This document shows, one piece after another, positions 54,921 through 64,000 of a stretch of 64,000 bases of DNA. The position numbers and the translations under genes were made by a program. The stretch is from Allosphingosinicella sp. (GTDB taxonomy: Bacteria; Pseudomonadota; Alphaproteobacteria; Sphingomonadales; Sphingomonadaceae). The notes under the pieces are model-generated. The model was not told where the DNA came from. It was given only the letters and a program-made list of their open reading frames with translations, and ran no database searches. The first letter of the stretch is position 1. Each line of letters begins with the position of its first letter. The DNA lies in contig DASVSP010000061.1 of assembly GCA_036388065.1 (NCBI GenBank), forward strand, positions 7,703 through 71,702, in the 5' to 3' direction.

Positions 54921-55490
54921 GTGAGTGAGGAAGATCACAAAAAACGCAAGCTGCCCACAATTTTCGCCGTCTTCGGATGGCTCATGGGCAGCTTAAGCTT
55001 GCTCAACTTGGCTAAAGACTTAACGCCCTTAGAACTCCATGGAGCTCTCAAGCAATGGGTTATAGCGTATGGAGTTTTTGTCCACTCCCTTTCGGATTTA
55101 CTATTTGGATGGCTGAGTTGGCGATGGATCGCCCTCGACAGAGTTGAGGCCCACTTAACCGTTATCATGGTTCTGCTGACATCCGCTGTCGTAAAAGCCC
55201 TCTTCGTGGAAAACCGGTATCGCGGTGGGAGTAAAATCCTTGCAGCTGGGGTTTCGGGAGGCATTGTACTATTCTTATTGCCATTTCTGGCTATTGTCCT
55301 ATTGCTCCCCTCGTACTTTGGAACAATCTTGGGTGCTCTTTATCTCGTTATTCAAGGCTACGTTTGGAATTTTGTTTCCGTAAAAGAGGATTTAGCTCCA
55401 CCAGAAAATGTTCGGCAGCAGATTATAACAGTTATTGCGACGTTTGCGCTTGTAGTTATTGTAAATTATCTTTTTCTCCGTCCACATTAA
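54921..55490 (+). CDS. Low-GC multi-TM hypothetical protein
   Basis: AT-rich codons, about 5 hydrophobic helices; overlaps the tyrS 3' end. Confidence 0.7.
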   Translation: MSEEDHKKRKLPTIFAVFGWLMGSLSLLNLAKDLTPLELHGALKQWVIAYGVFVHSLSDLLFGWLSWRWIALDRVEAHLTVIMVLLTSAVVKALFVENRYRGGSKILAAGVSGGIVLFLLPFLAIVLLLPSYFGTILGALYLVIQGYVWNFVSVKEDLAPPENVRQQIITVIATFALVVIVNYLFLRPH

Positions 55491-56721
55491 CTGATGAGGG
55501 AGGTCCAGGGGTCAGAAGCCCGTGCTTCTTCTTGCCCGCCGAGATTCGCACGTCCCCGCTCACGGCGACGCTGACGTCCTCGCCCGCCGGCTCGCCATCG
55601 ATCCGGGCGCCGCCCTGGGCGATGAGCCGTCGGGCCTCGTTCTTCGAAGCGCAAAGGCCAAGGCCGATCAGAGCATCGACCAGCGTAATCTCGCCCTCGA
55701 CCTTGAGCGTCGGCAAAGCCTCGCCCGATGCGCCTTCCTCGAAGGTCAGCCTCGCCGTGTCCGCCGACTCCCGAGCCGCGTCTTCACCGTGAAGCAGCGC
55801 CGTCGCGGCGTCCGCCAGAATCTTCTTCGCCTCGTTGATCTCGGCTCCGCCAAGCGCCTCGAGCCGCTCGATCTCGCCCAGCGGCATGTCGGTGAAGCGG
55901 CGAAGGAACTTGCCGACGTCGGCGTCCTGCGCGTTCCTCCAGAACTGCCAGTAATCATAGGGCCCGAGCTGGTCGGCGTTGAGCCAGATCGCGCCCTTCT
56001 CCGTCTTGCCCATCTTGCCGCCGTCGGCGGTGGTGATGAGCGGTGTGGTGAGGCCGAAGACCTGGGTCGAATCGACCCGTCGGCAAAGCTCGATTCCGTT
56101 GACGATATTGCCCCATTGGTCCGATCCGCCGAGCTGGAGGCGGCAATCGGCGCGGCGCGACAGTTCGAGGAAGTCGTAGCCCTGGAGGATCATGTAGTTG
56201 AACTCGAGGAACGACAGCGACTGCTCGCGGTCCATCCTCAGCTTGACGCTGTCGAAGCTGAGCATCCGGTTGACGGAGAAATGCTGGCCGATCTCCCGGA
56301 GGAAAGGGATATATTCGAGCTTGTCGAGCCATTCGGCATTGTCGAGCAGGACCGCGTCGGTGGGGCCGTCGCCGAAGATCAGGAAGCGCTCGAAGACCCG
56401 CTTGATCGAGGCGATGTTGGCCTCGATCGTCTCGCCGTCGAGAAGCTTGCGCGCCTCGTCCTTGAAGCTCGGGTCGCCGATCTTCGAAGTGCCGCCGCCC
56501 ATCAGGACTATCGGCTTGTGCCCCGACTGCTGGAGCCGGCGAAGCATCATGATCTGGATGAGGCTTCCGACGTGGAGCGAAGGCGCGGTCGCGTCGAAGC
56601 CGATATAGCCGGGGATGACCTGTCGCTGTGCCAGGGCGTCGAGGCCCTCGGCATCGGTGAGCTGGTGGATGAAGCCGCGTTCTTCGAGGGCACGCAGGAG
56701 CTGGGATTTGTAGTCGGACAT
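55456..56721 (-). CDS. tyrS: Tyrosine--tRNA ligase
   Basis: [31 protein letters not shown]4 domain. Confidence 0.97.
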   Translation of the reverse strand: MSDYKSQLLRALEERGFIHQLTDAEGLDALAQRQVIPGYIGFDATAPSLHVGSLIQIMMLRRLQQSGHKPIVLMGGGTSKIGDPSFKDEARKLLDGETIEANIASIKRVFERFLIFGDGPTDAVLLDNAEWLDKLEYIPFLREIGQHFSVNRMLSFDSVKLRMDREQSLSFLEFNYMILQGYDFLELSRRADCRLQLGGSDQWGNIVNGIELCRRVDSTQVFGLTTPLITTADGGKMGKTEKGAIWLNADQLGPYDYWQFWRNAQDADVGKFLRRFTDMPLGEIERLEALGGAEINEAKKILADAATALLHGEDAARESADTARLTFEEGASGEALPTLKVEGEITLVDALIGLGLCASKNEARRLIAQGGARIDGEPAGEDVSVAVSGDVRISAGKKKHGLLTPGPPSSVNVDGEKDNLQ

Positions 56722-56745
56722 GGCGCGGCGGTTAGCATCGCCTCG

Positions 56746-56839
56746 CCGTCATTGCGAGCGCAGCGAAGCAATCCGGCGCCGAAGTCGCAACGAGCGCAGA
56801 GACTGGATTGCTTCGTCGCTTCGCTCCTCGCAATGACGG
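56746..56839. repeat. REP family B
   Basis: GTCATTGCGAG...CTCGCAATGAC. Confidence 0.85.
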
Positions 56840-56842
56840 GCA

Positions 56843-57379
56843 ATGTCCTTGCGCTTATCCCTGAGTCCGCACCCCGCCGCCCCCGGCGCGAAAGTCACGG
56901 CGGTGGAGGTCGATCTGATCGTTTCTGCCGACCATCTCCTGATCAGCTATTTCGTCGGCGGCACCGAGGACCTGATCGTGCCGGAACCCGCGGCCGGGGA
57001 TCGGCGTGACGGGCTCTGGGAGACGACCTGTTTCGAAGCCTTCCTCAAGCCGGAGGGCAGCGAGGGCTATTTCGAGTTCAACTTCTCCCCCTCGACCGAT
57101 TGGGCCGCGTATGAGTTCGAGCGCTACCGGGAAGGGAGAAGCGATCTTCGGCGGCCCGTCGATCCGTTCTCGACACGCGGCGAGGAGCCTTCGGGCCCTT
57201 TGCTGGAAGTCGATCTCGACCTGTCCGGCCTGCCGCATGGCGCGCTGCGCCTCGGTCTTTGCGCCGTCGTCGAGGAGCGGGGCGGCGTCAAATCCTACTG
57301 GGCACTCGCCCATCCGCCCGGCGACCCGGATTTCCATCATCCGTCTTGCTTCGCGCTCGAACTCCCGGCAGCGATTTGA
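56843..57379 (+). CDS. DOMON-like domain protein
   Basis: LWETTCFEAF, YFEFNFSPS, SYWALAH...PDFH. Confidence 0.85.
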   Translation: MSLRLSLSPHPAAPGAKVTAVEVDLIVSADHLLISYFVGGTEDLIVPEPAAGDRRDGLWETTCFEAFLKPEGSEGYFEFNFSPSTDWAAYEFERYREGRSDLRRPVDPFSTRGEEPSGPLLEVDLDLSGLPHGALRLGLCAVVEERGGVKSYWALAHPPGDPDFHHPSCFALELPAAI

Positions 57380-57382
57380 CTT

Positions 57383-57522
57383 CGTCATTGCGAGGAGCGA
57401 AGCGACGCGGCAATCCAGCTTCGAAGCTTGTCACGGCCGAGCGCTGGATTGCTTCGCTGCCGCGTAGCGGCAAGTTTATCCTGAGCGCCGCCGCAGGCGG
57501 CGTCGAAGGGCTCGCAATGACG
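57383..57522. repeat. Composite REP family B
   Basis: Same composite as 44050. Confidence 0.75.
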
Positions 57523-57530
57523 GGATTTCA

Positions 57531-58739
57531 ATGGTTCGCTTCGGTATCGACCGCCTCCTCGCCGATCCCGCGCTTCGCAAGCCGCTCGAGGGCAAGCGAA
57601 TCGCTCTGCTCGCCCATCCGGCCTCGGTGACGAAGGACCTCACCCATTCCCTGGACGCACTGGTCGCGCTCGGCCTCAACGTCACCGCCGCGTTCGGGCC
57701 GCAGCACGGCCTGAGGGGCGATAAGCAGGACAATATGGTGGAATCGGAGGATTTCACCGATCCCGCCCACAACATCCCGGTGTTCAGTCTCTACGGCGAG
57801 GTCCGCCGGCCGACCGGCCAGTCGATGGGCACGTTCGACGTCCTGCTGGTCGACCTGCAGGACCTCGGCTGCCGGATCTATACCTTCATCACCACTCTCC
57901 TCTACGTGCTCGAGGCGGCGGCGGCGCACGGCAAGGCGGTCTGGGTGCTCGACCGCCCCAACCCCGCCGGGCGGCCGGTCGAGGGGCTGACCCTTCGCCC
58001 GGGCTGGGAGAGCTTCGTCGGAGCCGGCCCGATGCCGATGCGCCACGGCCTGACGCTGGGCGAGCTCGGCCGCTGGTTCGTCGAGTCGATGAAGATCGAC
58101 GTGGAATATCGGGTGATCGAAATGGAGGGCTACGAGCCAGACGCTTCGCCCGGCTTCGGCTGGCCGCCCAGCCGGATCTGGATCAACCCGAGCCCCAACG
58201 CCGCCAATCTGTGGATGGCCCGCGCCTATGCCGGAACGGTGATGCTGGAAGGCACGACCTTGTCGGAGGGGAGGGGGACGACCCGTCCCCTCGAGCTGTT
58301 CGGAGCCCCCGACATCGACTCCGCAGCGGTCCTCGCGGAGATGCGCCGGCTGGCGCCGGAATGGCTGGAGGGCTGCGCGCTTCGCCAGATCGCCTTCGAG
58401 CCGACGTTCCACAAGCATAAGGGCGAGACCTGCCACGGGATCCACATCCACCCGGAAGGCGCGTTCTACGACCACGACACCTTCCTGCCCTGGAGGCTTC
58501 AGTCGCTGGCCTTCAAGGCGATCCGGCGGCTTCAGCCCGGTTACGACCTGTGGCGCGACTTTCCTTACGAATATGAGTTCGGCAAGCTCGCCATCGACGT
58601 CATCAACGGCGGCCCCGCGCTTCGCGAATGGGTGGACGATTCGGGCGCGGTCCCGGCCGATCTCGACTCGCTCGCACTGCCGGACGAGGAGGCCTGGCTG
58701 GAGCAGCGGCGGCCCTTCCTCCTCTACCCGACGCGTTGA
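57531..58739 (+). CDS. DUF1343 / NamZ-like exo-beta-N-acetylmuramidase
   Basis: FGPQHG, DLQDLGCRIYTF, LDRPNP, PSPN, SEGRGTTRP. Confidence 0.88.
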   Translation: MVRFGIDRLLADPALRKPLEGKRIALLAHPASVTKDLTHSLDALVALGLNVTAAFGPQHGLRGDKQDNMVESEDFTDPAHNIPVFSLYGEVRRPTGQSMGTFDVLLVDLQDLGCRIYTFITTLLYVLEAAAAHGKAVWVLDRPNPAGRPVEGLTLRPGWESFVGAGPMPMRHGLTLGELGRWFVESMKIDVEYRVIEMEGYEPDASPGFGWPPSRIWINPSPNAANLWMARAYAGTVMLEGTTLSEGRGTTRPLELFGAPDIDSAAVLAEMRRLAPEWLEGCALRQIAFEPTFHKHKGETCHGIHIHPEGAFYDHDTFLPWRLQSLAFKAIRRLQPGYDLWRDFPYEYEFGKLAIDVINGGPALREWVDDSGAVPADLDSLALPDEEAWLEQRRPFLLYPTR

Positions 58740-58770
58740 CGAAAAGAGCTGGAATACCTAGATAAACGCC

Positions 58771-59298
58771 ATGGCCATCCGCCCCATCATCGAAGCTCCG
58801 GACCCGTTGCTGCGCCAGATCTCGACTCCGGTCGAGACGATCACGCCCGAGATCCAGACCCTCATCGACGACATGTTCGAGACGATGTACGCAGCCCCCG
58901 GAATCGGCCTCGCCGCGATCCAGGTCGGGGTGCCCAAGCGAATCCTCGTCATCGACCTTCAGGATCCGGAGGAAGAGGGCGGCGAGCCGGTGCGAAACCC
59001 GATGGTCTTCATCAATCCGGAGATCCTTCGAAGCTCCGAGACTCCGCGCCCCTATAACGAGGGCTGCCTGTCGGTCCCCGATCAATATGCCGAGGTGGAG
59101 CGGCCCGATTCCGTCAGGCTGCGCTGGCTCGACCGCGACGGCACGGTTCGCGAGGAAGAGCTCGAGGGAATGCTGGCCACCTGCATCCAGCACGAGATGG
59201 ACCATCTCGAGGGCATACTCTTCATCGACTATCTCTCGCGCCTGAAGCGCGACATGATCCTGAGGAAGCTCGCCAAGCAGCGCAAGCTGGCCGCCTGA
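58771..59298 (+). CDS. def: Peptide deformylase
   Basis: GIGLAAIQ, EGCLS, QHEMDH. Confidence 0.97.
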   Translation: MAIRPIIEAPDPLLRQISTPVETITPEIQTLIDDMFETMYAAPGIGLAAIQVGVPKRILVIDLQDPEEEGGEPVRNPMVFINPEILRSSETPRPYNEGCLSVPDQYAEVERPDSVRLRWLDRDGTVREEELEGMLATCIQHEMDHLEGILFIDYLSRLKRDMILRKLAKQRKLAA

Positions 59299-59384
59299 TC
59301 GTCCCTCCGGGAAGGGCGGCAGGGCCGCCCGGGCTTTACGCGCGCCGTCCCCCGCCTCTATCGCTCGCTTATGGGAAGTGACGC

Positions 59385-60587
59385 GTGACTCTGGCCGCCT
59401 TGATTTCCGCCTATCACGAAGCGGACGACGGAGGGCTGCGCGCCACTCTTCAGGTCGCCGGGCGAACCCTGGTTGAGCGCCAGGTGAGGCTCGCCCTCGC
59501 GACCGGGGCCGATCCGGTCGTGGTCCTCGTTGAGCGGGTGACCGCGGAGCTGAGCGCGGCTCTCGACTCGGTGAGGGCCGAAGGGGCGCCGATCGTCCTT
59601 GCCAGAAGCGCCGAGGAAGCCGCCGAGGCGGTGCACTCCAGCGACCGCGTCCTGCTCGTCGGCGACGGCCTGGTCGCGCCCGAAGCGGTGATCGCCCGCC
59701 TCGTCGCTCTCGACGGCCCGGCGATCCTCGTCGTTCCGGACCTTCGGGTCGACGACCGCTACGAACGGATCGACGCCCAGAGCCGCTGGGCCGGCCTGGC
59801 GCTCATCGACGGCCAGATGCTGAAGCAGACCGCCTCGATGCTCCAGGACTGGGACCTGCAGTCGACCCTGCTTCGCCGGGCGGTTCAGGCCGGCGCCCGG
59901 CAGATCAGCGTCAGGGGCGAGGCGGAGGACGAATTGCCGCTGGTCGCGGAGACCTCGGAGGACCTCGTCGAGCTCGAGGCGCAGATCGTGGCCGGCGCCC
60001 ATGTCCGCCGGAGCGACTGGGTCTCGCGCTATCTGCTTGCTCCCGTCGAGCGGCTCGCGACCCAGACCCTGATGCCGACCGCGGCTACTCCAACCGCTCT
60101 CGGCCTCGGGGCGACGTTGCTGATGGCGTTGGCCGGGCTGGCCTTCGCGAAGCAGTGGCTCGGCCTCGGACTCGCCTTCCTCCTTCTCTCCACCCCGCTC
60201 GACGGGATCGCGGAGCGTCTTGGCTCGCTCCGGCTCCAGGGGACGAAGGGGCCGAGCTGGTGGGGAACGCTTCTTCCCGCCGTCTCGGCCGGAGTGCTGC
60301 TCATCCTCGCGCATTCCCTCTCGGAGACTCGCGGCTGGGGCTGCGTCGCACTTGCAGCGACGATCATAGCCTTCTGCGTGGCGCTGCGGATCGAGGTCGA
60401 GGGCCGCGAATTGCCGGGGAGGCTCTGGCTGGCGGAGCGCAAGGGCATGACCTGGCTGATGCTTCCGTTCGCGATTCTCGATTGGTGGGCGACCGGCCTG
60501 ATCCTCCTCGCCGCCTACGCCGGCGCCAGCTTCTTCTGGGCCCAGCACGATGCCCACGCACCGGCGCCGCCCGCTCCACAGGATTAG
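59385..60587 (+). CDS. Conserved membrane protein with degenerate nucleotidyltransferase-like N-terminus
   Basis: VAGRTLVERQ, WDLQSTLLR, C-terminal TMs. Confidence 0.7.
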   Translation: MTLAALISAYHEADDGGLRATLQVAGRTLVERQVRLALATGADPVVVLVERVTAELSAALDSVRAEGAPIVLARSAEEAAEAVHSSDRVLLVGDGLVAPEAVIARLVALDGPAILVVPDLRVDDRYERIDAQSRWAGLALIDGQMLKQTASMLQDWDLQSTLLRRAVQAGARQISVRGEAEDELPLVAETSEDLVELEAQIVAGAHVRRSDWVSRYLLAPVERLATQTLMPTAATPTALGLGATLLMALAGLAFAKQWLGLGLAFLLLSTPLDGIAERLGSLRLQGTKGPSWWGTLLPAVSAGVLLILAHSLSETRGWGCVALAATIIAFCVALRIEVEGRELPGRLWLAERKGMTWLMLPFAILDWWATGLILLAAYAGASFFWAQHDAHAPAPPAPQD

Positions 60588-60622
60588 CGCGGCTTTAACC
60601 CTGACGGGTTTATGGACCGCCA

Positions 60623-61666
60623 ATGTCCGAAGTGCGCGCGAACGGGGGTGAGCTGGACGGCGCGGCGCAGCTGCTCGCGTCGGCGCATGCGCGCGTCGCG
60701 GCGGCGATCGCCGATCTCGCCCTTCCGGAAGCTTTCCGGCTCAGCGACAGGCAGCGTTTCACGGTCTCGCATCTCCTGCGCCGGCTGGTCGGGGACGTGG
60801 AGGACGAGCTTCGCTCCGCGCTCGTCGCGCATTTCGCCGGGGAGGAGGACTTTCCGCTTCGAGCCGCTTTGTCCTCGGCCAGCCTTGCGATCGCCTTGCC
60901 GGTCCTGGAGGGCGGCGGAGTCGTCCCCGATCCGGCGCTGTTCGCGATCCTGCTTCGGCGCGCCGAGGAGCATCGGCTCGCCCGGGCCGCGGCCCACGAG
61001 CCCCGGCTCCTCACGGAGCTTGCCGGAGACGAGGATCCGGCGGTCGCGGCGGCGGCGGTCTCGCTCCTGATCGCCCAGAGCCGGCGCCTCGACTCCTTCC
61101 ACGAACCGCTCCTCGCCAGCGGGGACCTTCCGGCCGAGGTCGCCCACGGCCTCGCCTGGACCGTCGCCGCCGCGCTTCGAACCTATCTGGTCGCCCGCCA
61201 CTCGGTCGCCCCGGCCGCCGCCGACGGCGCGGTCACGGCGGCGGCGGCCGCCCTTCTGGGCCGCTATGACGAAGGCGCCGGGGCCGATTCCCTGGCGCGC
61301 CGGCTCGCGCTCCGGCTCGAGGAGCGATCCCGCCTCGTCGACGACCTGCTCGTCCGTTCGGCGGGCGAAGGGGTTCTGCCCCTCCTGCTGGCTGGGCTGT
61401 CGCTTCGCACCGGGCTCGAGCCCCAGGCCTCGTGGGAGCTGCTTTCCGACGGGTCGGGCAGGGGCCCCGCCATCGTTCTTCGGGCGGCGCATCTCGAGCG
61501 CGAGGCCGCGGCTTCGATCCTTCTCGATCTCGCCGGCCGCGAGGAGGCGGTCGCGGCGCGGCTCGACCTTTTCGACTCGCTCGACCCGGGGGAGGCCCGG
61601 CACCACATACTCCTGTGGAGCCTCGATCCGGCTTATCGCTCAGCCGTGGCGAGGCTCGCATCATGA
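60623..61666 (+). CDS. DUF2336-like protein
   Basis: Helical Ala/Leu-rich ORF, ATGA-coupled to the kinase. Confidence 0.65.
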   Translation: MSEVRANGGELDGAAQLLASAHARVAAAIADLALPEAFRLSDRQRFTVSHLLRRLVGDVEDELRSALVAHFAGEEDFPLRAALSSASLAIALPVLEGGGVVPDPALFAILLRRAEEHRLARAAAHEPRLLTELAGDEDPAVAAAAVSLLIAQSRRLDSFHEPLLASGDLPAEVAHGLAWTVAAALRTYLVARHSVAPAAADGAVTAAAAALLGRYDEGAGADSLARRLALRLEERSRLVDDLLVRSAGEGVLPLLLAGLSLRTGLEPQASWELLSDGSGRGPAIVLRAAHLEREAAASILLDLAGREEAVAARLDLFDSLDPGEARHHILLWSLDPAYRSAVARLAS

Positions 61667-63033
61667 GCGGGGAGACGGCGGTTCGGGGCCGGATCGACTT
61701 CGAAGGGCGGCTGGTAGAGGCCGACCCGCGCCTGATGGCGCTTCAACGTTCCGCCGGCGGCGAGGAAGGCGGGCCGCTTGCGGTTCCGCAGATCTCCGCG
61801 CTCGCCCGGCTCGCCCGTCGGCTCGGGATCGTCATCTCGCGCGGCGCCGTCGCCGCCGAAGGGGAGTTTGACCTCGACCTGTGGGTTCGGGCCGAGCCGA
61901 AGGAAGGCTGGGTCGAGCTCGAAGTCACCGGCTGGGCGGCCCGACCGGCGCGAGCGCCCGCGCCGGCGTCCGACGCCGAGCGCCAGGCCGATTTCCTTCG
62001 CGCCGGCGCCGACTGGATGTGGGAAACCGACTCGGCGCTTCGGCTGACGGTCGTCTCGCCCGCCGCCGCCGCCGCTGCCGGCAAGGCTCCCGCGCAGCTG
62101 GTCGGGCAGCAGCTCACCCGGCTGTTCCGTCTGGAGGAAGGAGAGGAAGGCGAGCTTCCGCTTCTCACCGCTCTGGCCGAGCAAAGGCGTTTCGACGGTC
62201 AGTGCGCCGAGCTTCGCGGCGGCCGCGGCGGCCGCTACCGGCTGGCCGGGATCCCGCTCATCGATGGCGCGGGCCGATTCGCCGGCTTTCGAGGCTCGGC
62301 GGCGGCGCTTCCCGGAGGGAGCGCCGTGTCTGCGCCGCCCGCGGCAGAGGCCCGTCCGGAGCCCGGAGCGTTCGGGGAGAGGCTCGACAAGGCGCTTCGG
62401 ACTCCGCTCGCCCGGATCATCGCAAGCGCCGAGACGATCGGAGCCCAGGGCGACGGGCCGATCAAGAGCGATTATGCCGGTTATGCCGGCGACATCGCGA
62501 CCGCCGGACGGCATCTTCTCGCTCTCGTCGACGATCTCGTCGATCTCCAGGCGATCGAGCGGCCCGATTTCCATCCCGAGACGGAGGAGATCGATCTCGC
62601 CGACGTCGCCCGCCGCGCCGCGGGCCTGCTCGCGGTTCGAGCCGGCGAGCGCCCGGTCAAGATAGACTCGCCCGCCCCCGGGGACAGCCTCCCGGCCTCC
62701 GGGGATTTCCGCCGGGCGCTGCAGATCGTCGTCAACCTGCTCACAAACGCGATCCGCTACTCGCCCGAGGGCGGCCAGATCTGGGTTCGAACCGACCGGG
62801 AGGGCGATCTTGCCGCCTTGATCATCGCGGACCAGGGCAAGGGCATTTCGGACGAGGACCAGGCCCGGATCTTCGAGAAGTTCGAACGGGTCGACCCCAC
62901 CGAAGCGGGGGGAACCGGCCTCGGCCTCTACATCGCGCGCCGACTCGCCCGGGCGATGGGCGGCGACGTCGCCGTCGACAGCGCCCCCGGCCAAGGGGCG
63001 AGGTTCACGTTCACGTTGCCGTTGCGGCCCTGA
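61663..63033 (+). CDS. PAS sensor histidine kinase-like protein lacking the phospho-His
   Basis: WMWETD PAS; LDKALRTPL H-box; NLLTNAIRY, DQGKG, GTGLGL. Confidence 0.85.
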   Translation: MSGETAVRGRIDFEGRLVEADPRLMALQRSAGGEEGGPLAVPQISALARLARRLGIVISRGAVAAEGEFDLDLWVRAEPKEGWVELEVTGWAARPARAPAPASDAERQADFLRAGADWMWETDSALRLTVVSPAAAAAAGKAPAQLVGQQLTRLFRLEEGEEGELPLLTALAEQRRFDGQCAELRGGRGGRYRLAGIPLIDGAGRFAGFRGSAAALPGGSAVSAPPAAEARPEPGAFGERLDKALRTPLARIIASAETIGAQGDGPIKSDYAGYAGDIATAGRHLLALVDDLVDLQAIERPDFHPETEEIDLADVARRAAGLLAVRAGERPVKIDSPAPGDSLPASGDFRRALQIVVNLLTNAIRYSPEGGQIWVRTDREGDLAALIIADQGKGISDEDQARIFEKFERVDPTEAGGTGLGLYIARRLARAMGGDVAVDSAPGQGARFTFTLPLRP

Positions 63034-63115
63034 CGTCACCCCGGCGAAAGCCGGGGCCTCGGTGAGACCCGCCGAGACTTCTCGTCCCGAGGTCCCGGCT
63101 TTCGCCGGGATGACG
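63034..63115. repeat. REP family A
   Basis: GTCACCCCGGCGAAAGCCGGGG...GATGAC. Confidence 0.85.
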
Positions 63116-63117
63116 GG

Positions 63118-63732
63118 CTAATGGCCCGAATGCTCCGCGCCCGGCTTCCCAGCCACCACCACCGGCTTGTGGAACCGGCAGGTCACCGTCGGATTGAACT
63201 GGGCGAACATGCCGTTGGAGTTCGGCCGGTACAGCCAGACGTGGCGGTCGTAATGCGGCTCGAACATATGGGCTTCGTCGGTCGGGGTCGCCGGATCGTC
63301 GGCCATGGAATCATAGTCGACCCCATGGAAGGTCGGCAGGCCCTCGTTTCCGGCCGCGTGCCACGCTTTCTTGAAGACCAGGTTCTCGACCGCGACCAGC
63401 TCCAGGCTGCCGTCGGCGCGCGGCTCGTAGATCAGGATCGCGGGCTTTCGGAAGTCGGTATGGGTTCCGTCGCCGTCGACCCTCGGGTTGGGCGGGCCCT
63501 TGATTGCGAGCAGGTCCGGCCGGAAGAAATGAATCCCCATTCCGCCCAGCGCCGCAGGGCGGCCCATCATCGGCGCGGTGTCGCACATATTGCCCGGGTC
63601 CCGGACATAGCCCTCGGCAAGGGCAGCCTCGACATTGCGGAAGCGCGCTGTGGCGGCGCGGACCTCGTCGAGCGTCGGCTCCCCGGGGGCGGGCGCGGCG
63701 GCCGCCAGAGCGGCGGCGATGATCGTCAACAT
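63118..63732 (-). CDS. Secreted hypothetical protein
   Basis: Signal peptide; AATARF..VE.ALAEGY, GMGIH, PAILIYEP, HVWLY..N..GMFA.FNP. Confidence 0.8.
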   Translation of the reverse strand: MLTIIAAALAAAAPAPGEPTLDEVRAATARFRNVEAALAEGYVRDPGNMCDTAPMMGRPAALGGMGIHFFRPDLLAIKGPPNPRVDGDGTHTDFRKPAILIYEPRADGSLELVAVENLVFKKAWHAAGNEGLPTFHGVDYDSMADDPATPTDEAHMFEPHYDRHVWLYRPNSNGMFAQFNPTVTCRFHKPVVVAGKPGAEHSGH

Positions 63733-63876
63733 AAGCAACTCCGATCGTTGAACAGGATCGCAATTGGATAGGCCCGGCTAGTCGCCGGCCTATGCCGCGG
63801 CGCCGGCCGGAGTGTTTCAACTGTTGCGCGGGCCGGGCCGCCTTGGCAGTTTCGCCCCAAGACAAAGGGGGGCGCG

Positions 63877-64000
63877 ATGATTCAGCTGACCGACTCGGAT
63901 TTCCAGACCCTGTGCGCCGCCGGAACGGTGCACGAGCGGATCGGAGCGCTCGAGGGGGAGCGAAAGGCGGCGGTGCGCAAATTCTGGCTGAGGCTGACGA
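63877..64000 (+). CDS. Hypothetical protein, truncated by window end
   Basis: AAGGGGGG RBS; MIQLTDSDFQTLC... open to the end. Confidence 0.55.
   Translation, partial: MIQLTDSDFQTLCAAGTVHERIGALEGERKAAVRKFWLRLT

Overview
GC-rich alphaproteobacterial chromosome segment; gene content (rcdA, one-Cys dksA, PEP-CTERM/XrtA genes, sdhE-mfd, tRNA-Leu-tig) suggests Sphingomonadaceae (inference). Most of it is housekeeping (fabD-fabG-acpP-fabF-mltG, rimO, surE, dksA, tig, NAD kinase, mfd, recG, tyrS, def) interspersed with many REP-like palindromes. The main find is a RiPP cluster at 31.0-37.2 kb that the ORF track largely misses. Five tandem 47-54 aa precursor genes share a conserved TFAFKL...SKWxxRDG leader and have Cys-bounded variable cores, C[ST]...D[ND]Gx[YH]C-stop. 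They are followed by an MvdC/MvdD-type ATP-grasp ligase, an SDH/ClpP-fold serine protease, a MauE-like membrane protein and a MauD-like CxxC thioredoxin, with a divergent ABC exporter. The predicted product is a library of macrolactone plus disulfide bicyclic graspetides. Other oddities: an in-frame TAG at codon 12 of tig, two copies of a terC-type leader RNA, a His-less pseudo-kinase, and a low-GC gene overlapping the tyrS 3' end. Family calls come from motif recognition only; no searches were run.
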